DNA of 62,608 nucleotides, counting the filler, from Hausera hauseri (taxonomy: Eukaryota), in the NCBI GenBank assembly GCA_046269625.1. It is 11 parts of 11 records of this genome, joined end to end, with 100 filler letters (N's around TTAATTAATTAA, not from the genome) between each part and the next. Parts side by side here need not be neighbours in the genome. Positions count along the whole stretch, not along the records: positions 11,614 to 15,924 come from JBJURY010642774.1; positions 16,025 to 22,040 come from JBJURY010152755.1; positions 22,141 to 26,913 come from JBJURY010441024.1; 8 more parts are not named here. One strand, given 5' to 3'. The notes under the pieces were generated by a model that was not told where the DNA came from, ran no database searches, and saw nothing but the letters and a program-made list of their open reading frames with translations. The translations under genes and the position numbers were made by a program. Of the stretch, positions 11,640-23,732 are shown piece after piece (within the stretch, counting starts at the first letter, position 1; every line of letters begins with the position of its first letter).

Positions 11640-13929
11640 GCTCGAGTTTCTCCGACCGACTTCGTATTTGTCATTTCGGTGAGGACACGAGTTGTGCCCG
11701 CAACTGCGGCACTACAATGAGGATGCCTTTGCTGGGTCGTATTCGGCCATATACTTATTGTTGGCCTCACTATACAGGTGAATGGATTGGCATATTCCGC
11801 CTCTAATGCGTCTCTCAATCATGCTGATCATGTCGTAATCCTTTATGATCCGCAGTCTAATACTGGTATATCTCAGCATTGCTGCCCAGCTGATCCCTGG
11901 AACTGTAAAGAAATAAGCTGGATCGAGTGCGTGGTTCTTCATCGTAACATTCCTGAAGCTCTGAAAAACATCCATCAGCAGCAGCACGTCCCTCTTGAGG
12001 TATATGTCGCTGTATTCCCCAATTGTCCTGCACTGGAATGCATGCCAGACATCTTGGGCATGCTGATAGTCCATATCACTGATATCGCTATTTGAGAAGT
12101 TATTGCAAAAGTCCTTCTTGGCTGGCAATGAGGTCTCATCCAGTGTTTCCCATGAAGTTATAAAATCATAGGGAAACATTCCTTTCCTCTTGACTATGCC
12201 AAATGTAGTGGGGAAGAATCGCTTTGTCTCCTTGAGTTCTTCCGCAGGGAGGTTCTTCTCGAGGATGTCAAGTGAAGACGGCTTGAAACGGAAGCTGTCT
12301 ACAAAGCGAAGTTGGACTTTTCAAAAATGTTTAGTAAATGTGATATACGTCTCACTGTTTGGGATCGCATCAATGTTTTCTTTAATGTTTCCCAATTCTC
12401 GGACTATGAAATTGGAATCATAGCTACTGAGACTGTGGAACACTAGAGGCACATATGTACATGTTCTGCAGCGTAGATTGCAGTTGTTGCAGGCTGCGCC
12501 CCGATTTGTGCATGTAAAATGGCAGTGATACCTGTCTTTCCAATTCTCCTTAGTGAAAGACTTGTCGCACAAGTAACATGCTGTTGCCTTGCGCCATTCT
12601 TCTTCCTGCACCTTTAACATGCTCACTGTATCCTTATGTAGCTGCTGCTGCTGCATATCTCCAAGCATATTAGCCATATCTTCAAGTCACTTCATGAAAT
12701 GAGCTGCTGCATTTTGGCCTCTGAATAGATATGGTTCACTGTCCAGTCTTTTGGCAAACATACAATATGATGAGAGTTTATAATATTGGTATGCCGTTAT
12801 GCTGCTATGTTGTGGATTAGGGCTGAAACTCTGAGCTGGACGCAGGATCGCTTCAAAGTCGAAATAAATGCCTATTGGGACCTTGAGCTTCTTCTCGAAC
12901 TCCTTAAATTCAATGTAGTCCTCCTTGGAAAATTCTGGCATTATACAATAACTGTTGTTGCAGTACATCTTGTGCTCCTTCAGCTTCTCCACTGCTAACT
13001 TGCCACTGAAATGGGACAAATATCCTTGGCATATTTCGATTCTTTCCATATGTTTCGTAATTTGGTATCTGACTAGACGTTCAAAGTTCTTTATCCAGAT
13101 GAAATGCCTGTTATTCACCATCATCTCGTAGGAGCAGATCCCTATGGTCTTCCAGTTAAACATTGCATATCTGCAGGTGATAGAATTTGTCCTCCTAATC
13201 CAATCCCAAGACAGTGATGGAAATGTCGTCAAATCGACTGAACTTCTTGACTTCATCTATGAATGGCGGGAACTTAATACATTGGAAGTCATAGTTGTGC
13301 TGCACATCCTTATATAGCCAAACTCATGAAGTATTATCTTAATCCAGTACGAGTTTTGATAGAATGGCATGCACGAAGCACAGGTTGTCATTATTATGGA
13401 CATTAATGTATGCCTTTTTATGTTGAGTACATTCAGGGAGCTGAATATATGAACTCCCCCGCATCGGCAAGTACTTGTGCACATGCACACGCAGTCTCTT
13501 GATGGCTGACATAGTCCAGCCGCTCTTCTTATCCTGGCTGTCCTCAGCATCATGGATCAACTTCCTGTGTTCCTCATGCAGTCATTATACTATATTGTTG
13601 GTTTCCAATATTGGCCTATTTTGGTTCTTGAAGGCTCTTTTGGATTCTTCGCCATCAACATTGATGTATGTGGCCTCTAGTTTCATATTGACCTTAAGCG
13701 CTTTGAGCTCTGCCATGTTGTCCTGGAGAATCCCTATTGTTTCTTCCTCTGTGTATAAGAGGAACTCTTTGAGGGTTGTTTGTCCAGTTGCTGCAATGAC
13801 ATATCTACTGACTTTGTTCTTTAATGCTGCAGCATCAACCGGCCGCTGCCTTTGACTCTTTTGTGGAGCCGCTGCGCATGATGTGGCTGCGCTTAATGCT
13901 GCTGTGCCTGATTCAGCTGCATGTTTCAA
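11640..13929 (-). pseudogene. Second, divergent Polinton pPolB gene (fragmented, truncated by contig end)
   Basis: SGW..GSSYIQLP..INVHNNDNLCF, YFDFEAIL, CYLC..YHCHFT..GAACNNCN, FHSLSSYDS, FPYDFITSWETL.ETSLP, IRGGIC. Confidence 0.9.
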
Positions 13930-14439
13930 TTCTCTAATATGCTTCGCAGCTGCAGCAGCAGATCCAGCAGCATAATGCGAAGCATAATACTGCGAAGCAT
14001 ATTACTGCGAAGCAGATACATCAAGATTATGTTACTCATTAAAGATAGTCTTCTTTGATACAGGATCCTGTTGAATTTGTATCCATAGTAGCGCCGCATT
14101 GTATCATTATAGTTCTGCGGATTGTGTACTGCGGATGCGCAATACACATAGGAACCGCAGTTTTGAAGTTTTTGTGGAGCGTATAATATCATTGATTTGT
14201 AATTCAAAAAAAGCACAATGATTTGTGGAACACAATTAAAAAACTCATTATTCTTGGAAGTGATTTCTGAAACAATGAAAAATATATTCATATCAACGCA
14301 CACTGCCTCGTTTATAGATTTTTTAAATTTTGAATTTATTGATTTTCCTCTATTTTTTAAACATTCTATAACAATTTGTTTTAATGCATCAAATAAATTA
14401 AATGAATTTTGGTGCCTATTTCTATTTGATTATAGGTAC

Positions 14440-15100
14440 TCGCGCATGGGGAATCGAATAACATCATCATATTCTTCGAATAATGCACGCTTGACGGAGT
14501 TTTCGAGTTCGAATAGCTAAATATTCGATTTTTAATCTCAAATTCGAATATATGATGTCATATCCCGATTCACCATATATGGATTCCTATCTATATGTGC
14601 TATTAGATTTATCGACTTCTGTTTCACTGGGCTTTAAATGCACATTTTGCTTAATTCGAAATAATGACTTTATATCTATATAGCACATTTTCATGGAATA
14701 CCTTTAATGTGCCAAGGGGTTTTCGAACATTGGGAGTCGAATTCTGTCGTCAGATTTTTTGAAAAGTTCGAAGTTTGATATTCGAGGGAGAAATTTTTCG
14801 AATTTCGAATATTCGACTCGATATTCGAGATTTCCATACTCGGTTTCCTATCTGGCCCCGCTCAATGTAATACCAATTTTTTTCTCATTAGGGCAAATAA
14901 AACCTATGTATCTTCGGTCCCAATTGAATTTCGAGTTGATATTGTTCGAAATCTACTCGATCGATTTAAATTCTAATTGCACATTCGCATAGTGCATTGC
15001 ATCTGCGTTCAAACACGCCCGGTCACATGTGCTAATCATCAATATTGGAACTATCGGAAAATCGATATTATTGACTTGCACACACTTGAACATGTGCATG
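14440..15100 (-). repeat. Dispersed non-coding repeat, homologous (inverted) to ~37850-38495
   Basis: Shared blocks such as CCATGAAAATGTGCTATATAGATATAAA, TACATAGGTTTTATTTGC and TTAGAATTTAAATC.ATCGA occur in opposite orientations. Confidence 0.85.
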
Positions 15101-15343
15101 TGTGGTGCCCACAGCGGCCGGCACCCTCTGGCCCATTTGGTTGGGCACGGCCGGGCGTACGTTGCCGCGGCGTCGGCCCATGGACGGGCCCCGACCTTCC
15201 GCCTCTAAAATTTGTTTTACTGTGTTTAAATTTGCATCAGTAATGTAAGACTACTCGAAAATCACACCTACACTTTGATTAAGCTGTGCTATGAGGCGAA
15301 CGGATACAAGAAACGATAATTCTGTATACCATGTAGAAATTTC

Positions 15344-15892
15344 TTGTATCGAGTCCATCAACACGTTCGAACTTACCACGAAATTAACAAGAAATTCGTT
15401 TGTCGGGAACGTAAAAAAACATTTTCTGCTGATTTGACGTTATGGGCACACAGTAAGACACACGAGACAGTCGAATCAAGTGCTATTTTGAGCTTTATTG
15501 CCTGTGGACAGAGGTTTGTTTCGGTTGGTTCTCTAAGTAGACATGCCCGAATGCAAAATAACGATAATCTCAATCTGTGCAAATATGTTTATTGTAATCA
15601 GTTCTACATAACTACTCGGGAATTGTATGCCCACATCAAAGAATTGGTATCCGAATATGATGTTCTCGTTAAAGATTCCGACATCATCGACATTCGAGAT
15701 AATTTGGATTTTTCGAAAGACAAATATGCCCGAATGAAATTGGACTTGAACAGAAATATCGTCAAATTGAACAGATCGGAAATTGATCAAATTTCTGCGA
15801 TGGACGTATCGAATATTCCAAGACAGTCACTAAAAGAATTGGTTAATGTTGCTGAAGAGAAGGCAGGAGTCACTGAAACGAAAGCATATTAG
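15344..15892 (+). pseudogene. Degenerate C2H2 zinc-finger protein fragment
   Basis: FVC....KTF...L..H..TH, CGQRF...SLSRH and C...CNQF....LYAH patterns with lost ligands. Confidence 0.6.
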
Positions 15893-16024
15893 AAATTAAA
15901 GGAAAAGGGATTAGTATCGAAGTANNNNNNNNNNNNNNNNNNNNNNNNNNNNNNNNNNNNNNNNNNNNTTAATTAATTAANNNNNNNNNNNNNNNNNNNN
16001 NNNNNNNNNNNNNNNNNNNNNNNN

Positions 16025-17172
16025 AATACACCGTAAATGTACATCACGGTAGATTGCTCCAACGCTTTAGCAAAGTGAACCTCCAGTCGTAGGTTTCCCT
16101 GCTGAGGTAGTTGAGTCGGCTCAACATCATAATCCAGAGCCATAACAAAGGTGAAGAACGGGTTGGTGGACTTGAACAGATCCATCAATATGCCATTGTT
16201 GTCATTTTTGTTCAGCAAACCCATGTTGCGCACAATAGATTGCATATATGTGCAAACATAATTATTAGACTCAAAGTCTTGTTTGTGCGTTGCAACAAAA
16301 TTCGCATTGTGGCCCAAACTGATATAATTCACATTGCTATGGGTAAACGTTTCCGAATCGGTCGCATAACTGCCCGTTTTTTGAACAGTCCTTTGAAATG
16401 TAACAAGCATAAATTTCGGCAATCGCATGTCGCCAAACAGTGCATCTTTGTAAAACGTAGTTGAACTTTCGGTATGGTGTAAAAGACGAGTTCTGTGCGT
16501 TGTATCGGATAACAGGCATTTTGCGTTTTCAAGTCTAATCGATGTCCCGTGAGCAGAGATGGTTTTACCTTTACACGACGTACGTATAATTGTGCCTCGG
16601 TAATTTTCAAGCAAAAGATATTGTCGCTTCGTTTGATCCGAATCATGGCTCTAACACGGGGCAGTAGGTATTTGGGCTAATCAAAAAAGTCCAAGTACAG
16701 CGGTTCACACATTGCAAGCGGTTTTGTTTCTGCCACCCATGACTGACGGTTTGTCGCTGTGGCATTGTATCCAATGGTTTTCGTCAAATAAGTCGTTTTT
16801 GTATCTGTGCTGTAATTCAGAGCCGTTTTAATAAGTGCTTTGATACTGTATAGACTGGTGTTGCCTTTGATTTTGACGCTGTTCAGTGTCAGTGAAGCCG
16901 CCTGGAACAGTGTGAGAAAAAAGTAATTGGCCGGTGTGACAGTGTCTGTTGCAGCGAAAACCGTCCTTTTTAACAATGACTTTTACATAGAGTAGCGCAT
17001 CGTTTAAATCCAGGTATTCATTGTCCGATGTCATAATGTTGAATTGAATTTCAATGTTATCGTCCGTCTAGACGGATTCAACGGGGTAAATTTCTTCAAA
17101 TGCCGCATTGTCAATAGCAACTTGTGGCTCCGCTTTGTCAAACATACACAATTAAGATTTTGCAGATGCCAT
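16025..17172 (-). pseudogene. Double-jelly-roll major capsid protein (Polinton MCP), frameshifted, 3' truncated
   Basis: KS*LCMFD..PQVAI..EEIYP..IQFNI..EYLDLNDALLYVK, NYFFLTLF..LN, KALIKT.LNYS, CYPIQRTE, LPKFMLV, GNLRLEVHFAKAL. Confidence 0.85.
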
Positions 17173-17179
17173 CAGTCAA

Positions 17180-17508
17180 TCGGAAATCGTACGACGACGA
17201 CGTTTGTTTATAACTGTTGAACTCGATGATGCCAGCGAATTGTTTTCTGACTGATTCAACGACTCCCGGTGCAGCGCTTTTTATTTCCGGCAAGGCGTGT
17301 TCCTTCAGTGATAGTAAAATCGATTTGTTTTTATATAGTACGTACTGTGCAGTTTTGTTTCCACGGCACCGATACACTTCAACACCGGAAATGCTAAACG
17401 TGCCAATGTACGCAACCATCCAGAGCCGTACCGTTTACCGACGAAATACGTCAGTTGCCCGCCCTGCTGCGGTTTACTGTAAATGGAAACGATTTCAGAA
17501 TCAATCAT
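17180..17508 (-). pseudogene. Small virion protein with amphipathic helix (adenovirus pVI-like analogue)
   Basis: QQGGQLTYFVG.RYGSGWLRTLARLAFPVLK directly upstream of MCP, the usual position and motif in Polintons. Confidence 0.6.
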
Positions 17509-18578
17509 GTTGTTGTTGTTGGATTTGACTGAAATGTAGGGTTAGACTGCTTGTGGTACCGTACGGAAATTCAATAAGGTAGCCCATGTCACATCGGATA
17601 TTCACTTCAACATTGTTTATAAATGTATATGCCACAGGTAGGTACATTGGATTATCGAGCTTGACAGTGACATTGTCGCCGGAAGTATACTTGCTGCTTT
17701 ACGAATAAATTGCACGGAGTAGCAATACACGTACTCTACCTACCAAAACTGGTTTGGTGACGTTCACATCAATGTACATTTGACTTAGTCCCGTTTTCAG
17801 TTTGGGTTTGAGTGTTGCAACATGTGCCACCGCCGCCCCTGTCGTCGTATATGATGTCTCAAACCGCTCTTTTTCAAAACCCAATACAATGGCCAAAGCT
17901 TTGTCCAATGAAATGTCGACAATATCCTTAGCCAGTTCAAATTTAATGTACCCATTTGTATCTGACTCGAAAACTTTAAATATAACCTTGTACTTTCGAT
18001 GTTAAAAGTTTTGACAAATATGTTACAGATTCGCAACAGACATTGCCTCTAATCGATACATATGACGTTGACACCCTTTGGGCTGTATAGGTAAATTTCA
18101 CCGTTGTCTGATAATTTACGGGATTTAATCTCGGACCAACTACATATTCACTTTTAATATTTTTACCTTTGTACTCTGTATTGTTGAATCCAAATTTCTG
18201 CGCCATCTCAGAAGACTCAAAGGTAACAGAGAATTCAAAATCTGCCATAAAATGTAAGTTTTGATCTATAACAAAAACACTGATCTTGCTGACTATACCG
18301 TAATTTGCTTTGGTCGTGCAAATGGCCGATTCTCCAACTGCTATTTTATTGTTATTAAGTATCAGAAGACAAAAATGTGTTTTGGTTTCACGAACAGTCT
18401 TATTGTACGTTATTTTAATACTACCTTTCAATGTCACTGGTGCGTAGGGAAAGTTAAATTTCGTCAGTGCAACCTCCCATTTTCCAGATAAAACCAAAGG
18501 ATTGTTCCAATTTACAACGTATTCACTGGCTGAATTTTTCGGACGAGTCGTTGGATAACTGTTTCTCGGCAACACCAT
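17505..18578 (-). pseudogene. Minor capsid (penton-like) protein 2
   Basis: N-terminal LPRNS...P.NSASEY...PLVLSGKWEVAL; C-terminal PVLVG..V.LLR, NPMYLPV and LTLHF. Confidence 0.8.
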
Positions 18579-18641
18579 GTAAATATTCGTGATCTCGATT
18601 GTGATGATGATAATGATGATAGTGATGACGCAGTTTGTTTA

Positions 18642-19662
18642 TTATCGACGACGAAAATGTAGCATCAAATGTTTTGGCTCCAAACAGAAATTTAATGAGT
18701 TTCTAAAATTCGTCTACTATATACACGGAAATACTGTGCACAACATTGTGAGATAACGATAAATACATGTGCCAGATGATACATACATGAGCAGTTTGAC
18801 CCGGTGTTTTGTACGTGTCCGAATCCTGTCCAATAGAAGCCAATAGTTGTTTACGGTCTCCGCCAACATATACGGGTTCGGTTAGATCTGTTAAAATATT
18901 GATTCGATGAAATGCTTCTTAGAGACGTGGTTTGTGTTTAGCAAAAATAGACCGTCCGCCGCTGGTTTGACCGAATTCTTGTTTCTTAAAAACCAGATTC
19001 TGTGCCAACAGTCCATCATAGGCAAAATATGTAATATTATTATGTAGTGTAAAAGAAATACGACCATCAGAGTTTAATTCAAATATCTTGAGAGACAATT
19101 TAGCTACAACCTTGATGGTTGCGCACAATTCTGTTTCCGTTTCGTAAGAAAATTAGTTCCTGTTGTATGACAGTAAAAGAATGATTCACTCTTTTTCCAG
19201 TTTACTGTAATATCGGTAATTGTAATGGTGTTTTCGGAAAAGTTTGTTTTTTCACTAATTATACTATGTCTACCGAGCTGTAGACCTTTCAAGTGCACAT
19301 TGACAGATTGAAAACCGCATGCCTGAGCGTCGGCTATAGATTTAAGTTGCAATTCAATCGGATGTTTGTCTTTTAGCACAAATCGATTGTTTAAATAAAA
19401 AATGTAAATCGGAAAATATTGCCGCTTGTAATTGTGAACGACTAGATGCAGGAGATTGTCTTAGTAGAGTATAGTATATTCCATTGTTCTCACGTATTGT
19501 TATCGGTGAATATGTAAGTGTGAATTTTACCAAAGTCACTTCCCAAGCTCCATGGCGTAAGTCGAGGGGCTGGTCCAACGCCACGGTAAACCGTTCAGCG
19601 GCATTTCTGTTGTTGTCATGTTCTGATAATCTGTTATCAAGTACCAAATAAATGCTCATCAC
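18642..19662 (-). pseudogene. Minor capsid (penton-like) protein 1
   Basis: N-terminal N.AERFTVALDQPLDL...WEVTLV; C-terminal PVYVGG..KQLL and LHFRRR*. Confidence 0.75.
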
Positions 19663-20731
19663 TCAATCTGCGATGAAAAAGTCCAACCCGGTGCAGTGTA
19701 TCCGTGCCACTTGACGAGACATTGTTTATTTGAACCTTTGCCACGTTAATATAAAATTTCCTGAATACGATATACATCGGATTTCTCGTGCAGTACCTGC
19801 AATTCCTGTTTGTAAAATTTACCGCGTATTTCTTCATCGTTTTCATCCTCTAAAACGTACATGACAAGTGTTTGTTTTGTGTTGATTGCCGAAATGCGGA
19901 AAACATCGTTGCTCCATTCTGACTGAAATTCTTAATGAATGGCGTCGTACTTATTTTCGAAATACGTACGTAAGCACCGATTTTCTATTTTGGGCGTTTA
20001 AATGCCTGTCGTTGTGTTCGGTTTTGATAAAGCCACATGTTCAAATCATCGATTACGTCAAGCGGACGCATTTTGTTGATTCTAAGGTGTGTCGAGTGAT
20101 TGTATGCGTGAATAATATCCGGCAGTACATCTACCCAGCGTTTATTGCCTTGCTTTGTAAAGAATTTGTTTAGGCTACTGCGCAATGTTCGATTAAATCG
20201 TTAAACGAGTGCAGCTTTGTATTGGGAAAACACTGAGTAGTGGTTTATGCCGAACCGTTTCAAGACCGCTGCAACGTGGGCTTTGTAGAATTCCTTACCC
20301 ACATCCGTTTGTAAATGCTTCGGCTGTTGTTGTTTTTGTATCAGTGACCGAAGAGCGTCGGGAATCCCTTTACCGGATTTAGATTTCACAGCAATTTCAC
20401 GTGTAAAACGACTAAACACATCAACGCATATCAGCACGTACCTACACTCATCGTTGATGCTGGCGTACGGAATCATTTCCATTAGATCCATTTGCCATAC
20501 ATTATTTATACCGGCAGCACGGTATGCACAAGTTGGAAACCGCCTTCTTATTGGTTTGTTTAGGCTGTATGCTAACTGTTTCCCGAGCCTATGTTTGGCC
20601 TGTTGCCGAGTCTGTTTGACAGTCTTTGCCAATTTGTCAACGCCATTATACCCAACGGGATGACGCAGATCGAACCACACGTCGCTCATCGTTGTCATCA
20701 ATGATGACATTTTTGTTTGCATTTGCAGCAA
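19660..20731 (-). pseudogene. Polinton retroviral-like (rve) integrase with C-terminal chromodomain
   Basis: WQMDL, CVDVFSR, QTDVGKEF, RFNRTL, YNHS.H, and chromo-like CLVKWHGYTAPGW. Confidence 0.9.
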
Positions 20732-20834
20732 TTAGAACGAAACGTTAATGAGAAATTTGGTAAACTGGGACAAAGTGATGAAAACCATGCACCCCTATCG
20801 CTAAATCATCATAAACTTACCGTCATAGTTTATA

Positions 20835-21150
20835 CTAAACTGTTCCGCTAATGAGTCCACCTAGTAATGACGTGACAATCAGTAGAAATGCGCCAAGGAA
20901 TCCGCCATCTTGCTGGTACATGACCTCTCGTTTCAGTCCTTTACTACGAGCGTTAGCAAGGCCTATGAGCCGTTTTCGATACTTTAGTAAATTCCACTTT
21001 CCACTACCAGTGTGAACGTGACTCACAACAATATTGTAAAAAATTTCCACTAAATCGTCTACTACAAATAGAGGGAATGATGGCAGCATGTTCCGTTTAT
21101 GTCTTTAAGCAAACCAATAAAGTATGGTTGACTACGTTTGAAATGCAATA
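20835..21150 (-). CDS. Small Polinton virion protein with QxGGF motif and hydrophobic tail
   Basis: EIFYNIV..H...LLKYRKRL..L....KREVMYQQDGGFLGAFL. Homologue at 56820-57152. The 5' part is shifted. Confidence 0.7.
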
Positions 21151-21248
21151 TTCAATGAATGAATAAATGTTGATGCATCGAATCGTAGTAGTTTATAATT
21201 GTTGCCACCTTGACGGTAACCTGCGTCTCTCTGCTTTTTTGTTGTTGT

Positions 21249-21395
21249 TCAAAGCACTGAATTAATCAATTGCTTAATTGTAGCGTTGCGTTTTGATGTT
21301 TTTGACGCACGTTTCTTCTTCCTGGATAGTTGTTTGGTAGGTTTACGTTTAACAGTTGTTTTTCGGAAATTCTTCATTTTATCACAATCATGTCG
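21249..21395 (-). CDS. Short Lys/Arg-rich protein (candidate DNA-condensing core protein)
   Basis: KRKPTKQLSRKKKRASKTSKRNATIKQL, conserved in copy B (KRKPAKQAPKKK..KRNATVKRL). Confidence 0.45.
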   Translation of the reverse strand, partial: RHDCDKMKNFRKTTVKRKPTKQLSRKKKRASKTSKRNATIKQLINSVL

Positions 21396-22025
21396 ATTTT
21401 TGAATTTGTTTATAGACACATACATCTTTCGTACGCACATGTCATCGGGACACTGTTGTGTGAAGTCAATAAACTGATACCCACGCGATTTGTTCGTAGC
21501 ATCATGATATGCATCTGTCAACTAGGCTCGGTTGTGAGAAAATGCTTGTCGTGCAACATAATCAATGATAGTCTGCTCAAAGGGATTTTTGAACAACACC
21601 AAATAGTGTACGTTTAGATTTATTGTTCGATGCTGTCCGCCCTGATGGAACATGTTTTGCGTAATGAAAATAACCGTCACACTACGGTGTCGTGCAATCT
21701 TCGTGAACAGGTTGTTAAAGTCGGATTGCTTCGTGGCTTCCTGAAATAAATCGTCCATGACAATAACGTCACCGCTTCGTAATCTCTCTGACCAGTTCTC
21801 ATCAAACCCATCTATTACCGTTATCGATGATTTCAGTTTACAGAATTCTTGATATGTCGAACAGGACTCTCCATCATTACCACTGCCCTGATGCCAGTAA
21901 ATGTGGTTGAACAGCGGCGATTGGAATATGTCACGGTAGTTCTGTAGCAATTTGCAAACAAAGTGCGTTTTGCCACTTCCACTGGGGCCTACAATCTGGA
22001 AAATGGCACTGTTCTGCAGCTTCAT
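21390..22025 (-). pseudogene. A32/FtsK-family genome-packaging ATPase
   Basis: Walker A GPSGSGKT, Walker B VIVMDDL, TKIARH..FITQN, YLVLFKNP. One internal stop at 21522-21524. Confidence 0.92.
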
Positions 22026-22140
22026 GACGTTGTTGTTGTTNNNNNNNNNNNNNNNNNNNNNNNNNNNNNNNNNNNNNNNNNNNNTTAATTAATTAANNNN
22101 NNNNNNNNNNNNNNNNNNNNNNNNNNNNNNNNNNNNNNNN

Positions 22141-22617
22141 CCGTAGTCTCCAGATATGAATCCTGTCGAGCATATTTGGAAGCATCTCTACAAATAAATC
22201 CGTCAACCTGAGATAACTAGCAAGGAAAGCCTCAAAGCCGCTTGGTAGAAGAATGGAACAAAATATCCGGCGATGTTACCGGAAACCTCGTAAATTCAGT
22301 GAGAAAACGGATAGAAGCAGTTATAAAGGCTAAAGGAGGACCAACAAAATACTAATTCTTAAAGAAACTCCGATCTAATAAGAAACAAATGTAATAAACC
22401 GTTAGATTTAATTAGTGTGCCTTTTCCTTTGACGCGTTATTTTCATACGTTTTGTTGTTATTCATACAGCGGTTATTTTTGATCCTGAATTTTGCATGAA
22501 ATAACAAATTGTTACATGTGTCATTAAACGTAATATCATTCTTTTATGTTAGTTTATAAAATATAATATAAAATTCGAAAAATTTAAATGTGCCTTTTCT
22601 TTTGATACTGACTATAC
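22141..22617 (+). mobile_element. Tc1/mariner transposon 3' end
   Basis: SPDMNPVEHIW motif and KAKGGPTKY* end (stop 22353-22355), followed by a TIR-like tail. Confidence 0.85.
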
Positions 22618-22635
22618 ATACAAAAACACACCTAT

Positions 22636-22830
22636 CAGGTGCGGATCCAGGATTTTTGAAGTGCCGGACATTATCGCCGGGTTCTTTAGGAGGAGATTGT
22701 GACCCTCTCGCCACCAGCTAGGGGTCTGGGGGGAGTATTGTAAGCTCCCCCATTGGGGTCCGGGCAAAGCCCCGGCGACAGAACTATTTCGCGTATTTTA
22801 TGCACCTCAGATCGCATCCCTGGACCATAA
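22636..22830 (+). mobile_element. Non-autonomous DNA element fragment with GC-rich hairpins
   Basis: Starts CAGGTGCGGATCCAGG (hAT-MITE-like terminus) and contains the GGGGGAG..CTCCCCC and CCGGG..CCCCGG stems. Confidence 0.5.
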
Positions 22831-22854
22831 AATATCTTAGTGAGTATACAGTAT

Positions 22855-22884
22855 TGTGGTGCCGCGGATTCGAGCGCCGCCACA
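22855..22884 (+). repeat. Gypsy LTR 5'-end hairpin
   Basis: TGTGGTGCCGCGG...GCCACA, matching the post-PPT sequence at 30815. Confidence 0.6.
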
Positions 22885-23732
22885 ATCCAGCTGCCGCAAG
22901 TCCGTAAAAGCTGTTACTTCAAACGGTGAAACAAAATGACTAAAACCCCATTGATATTGCTGAGGTACGTGAAATTCAGCCTAGCAAACTAAACCCATGA
23001 TCAAGAAATTGCACTAGTCGACTTTAATCTGGTTGGAAATACGGTGCTGATGAAGCTCTCAATTTGTTAGCGAGATTATCTGGTTGTGACGGAGATAGGA
23101 AGAGACTGCATGCGTGCGATGAATTAGTTTTTTTGGCTTTGTTACAGTTTGTCAAAATGACCATACCGATTAATGCTTTGTACAAAATGATGAAGCTTTG
23201 AAGGGCACTAAATGGTTGTTCCAGTATATAAAATTCAAAAGTGCCAGCACCAACGCCTATACTTATATGACACGAAGTGGTTATGCTCGGGCGCAAATAA
23301 TTGAACAAACGACGGTCCAAAGGATTAAGAAGTTCCGAATATTTCAATTAATGTCGGAATACTTTACCAGGACCATAACCATCCGAGTTTGAATATTCTT
23401 TTGATTGAGAATCAATATGATGTTCTGCCAAAGTAAAAATATGCATCGAATATTTGCTCTATAGCCTCGGACTTATATTTCACTATTGATTACCGTTTAT
23501 CTCAACAACAAAGGATAGAAATGTCTGGTTATAAATGTCTGTAGCTACAGATGACGATTCATATTAATATAGACTATAATGGTAATAATGACAGTTATTA
23601 AAAAAATTGATTTTTTGTTTTGAAGTTTAATATATGATATAAATTATTTATCAGTTCTCTAATCTTCTGCCGTCGTTGGAATTTTTGGATTTTATTAATC
23701 AATCATTTATTTATTTGGAATAAATAACAAAG

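Larger units (their letters stand above)
16025..22040 (-). mobile_element. Polinton/adintovirus-like virion + integrase module (copy A)
   Basis: Co-oriented ATPase, basic protein, QxGGF protein, integrase, two pentons, pVI-like peptide and major capsid. Confidence 0.9.

Noticed and set aside
13926-14303. 125-aa ORF and three ~15-nt GCATAATACTGCGAA-like repeats at ~13970-14013
   Set aside because: Short low-complexity tandem repeat with no spacers (not CRISPR-like); the ORF has no recognisable motif.
7187-22040. One complete Polinton made of PolB plus capsid module
   Set aside because: The parts lie on separate contigs divided by linkers and the two PolB genes are different; linkage cannot be shown.
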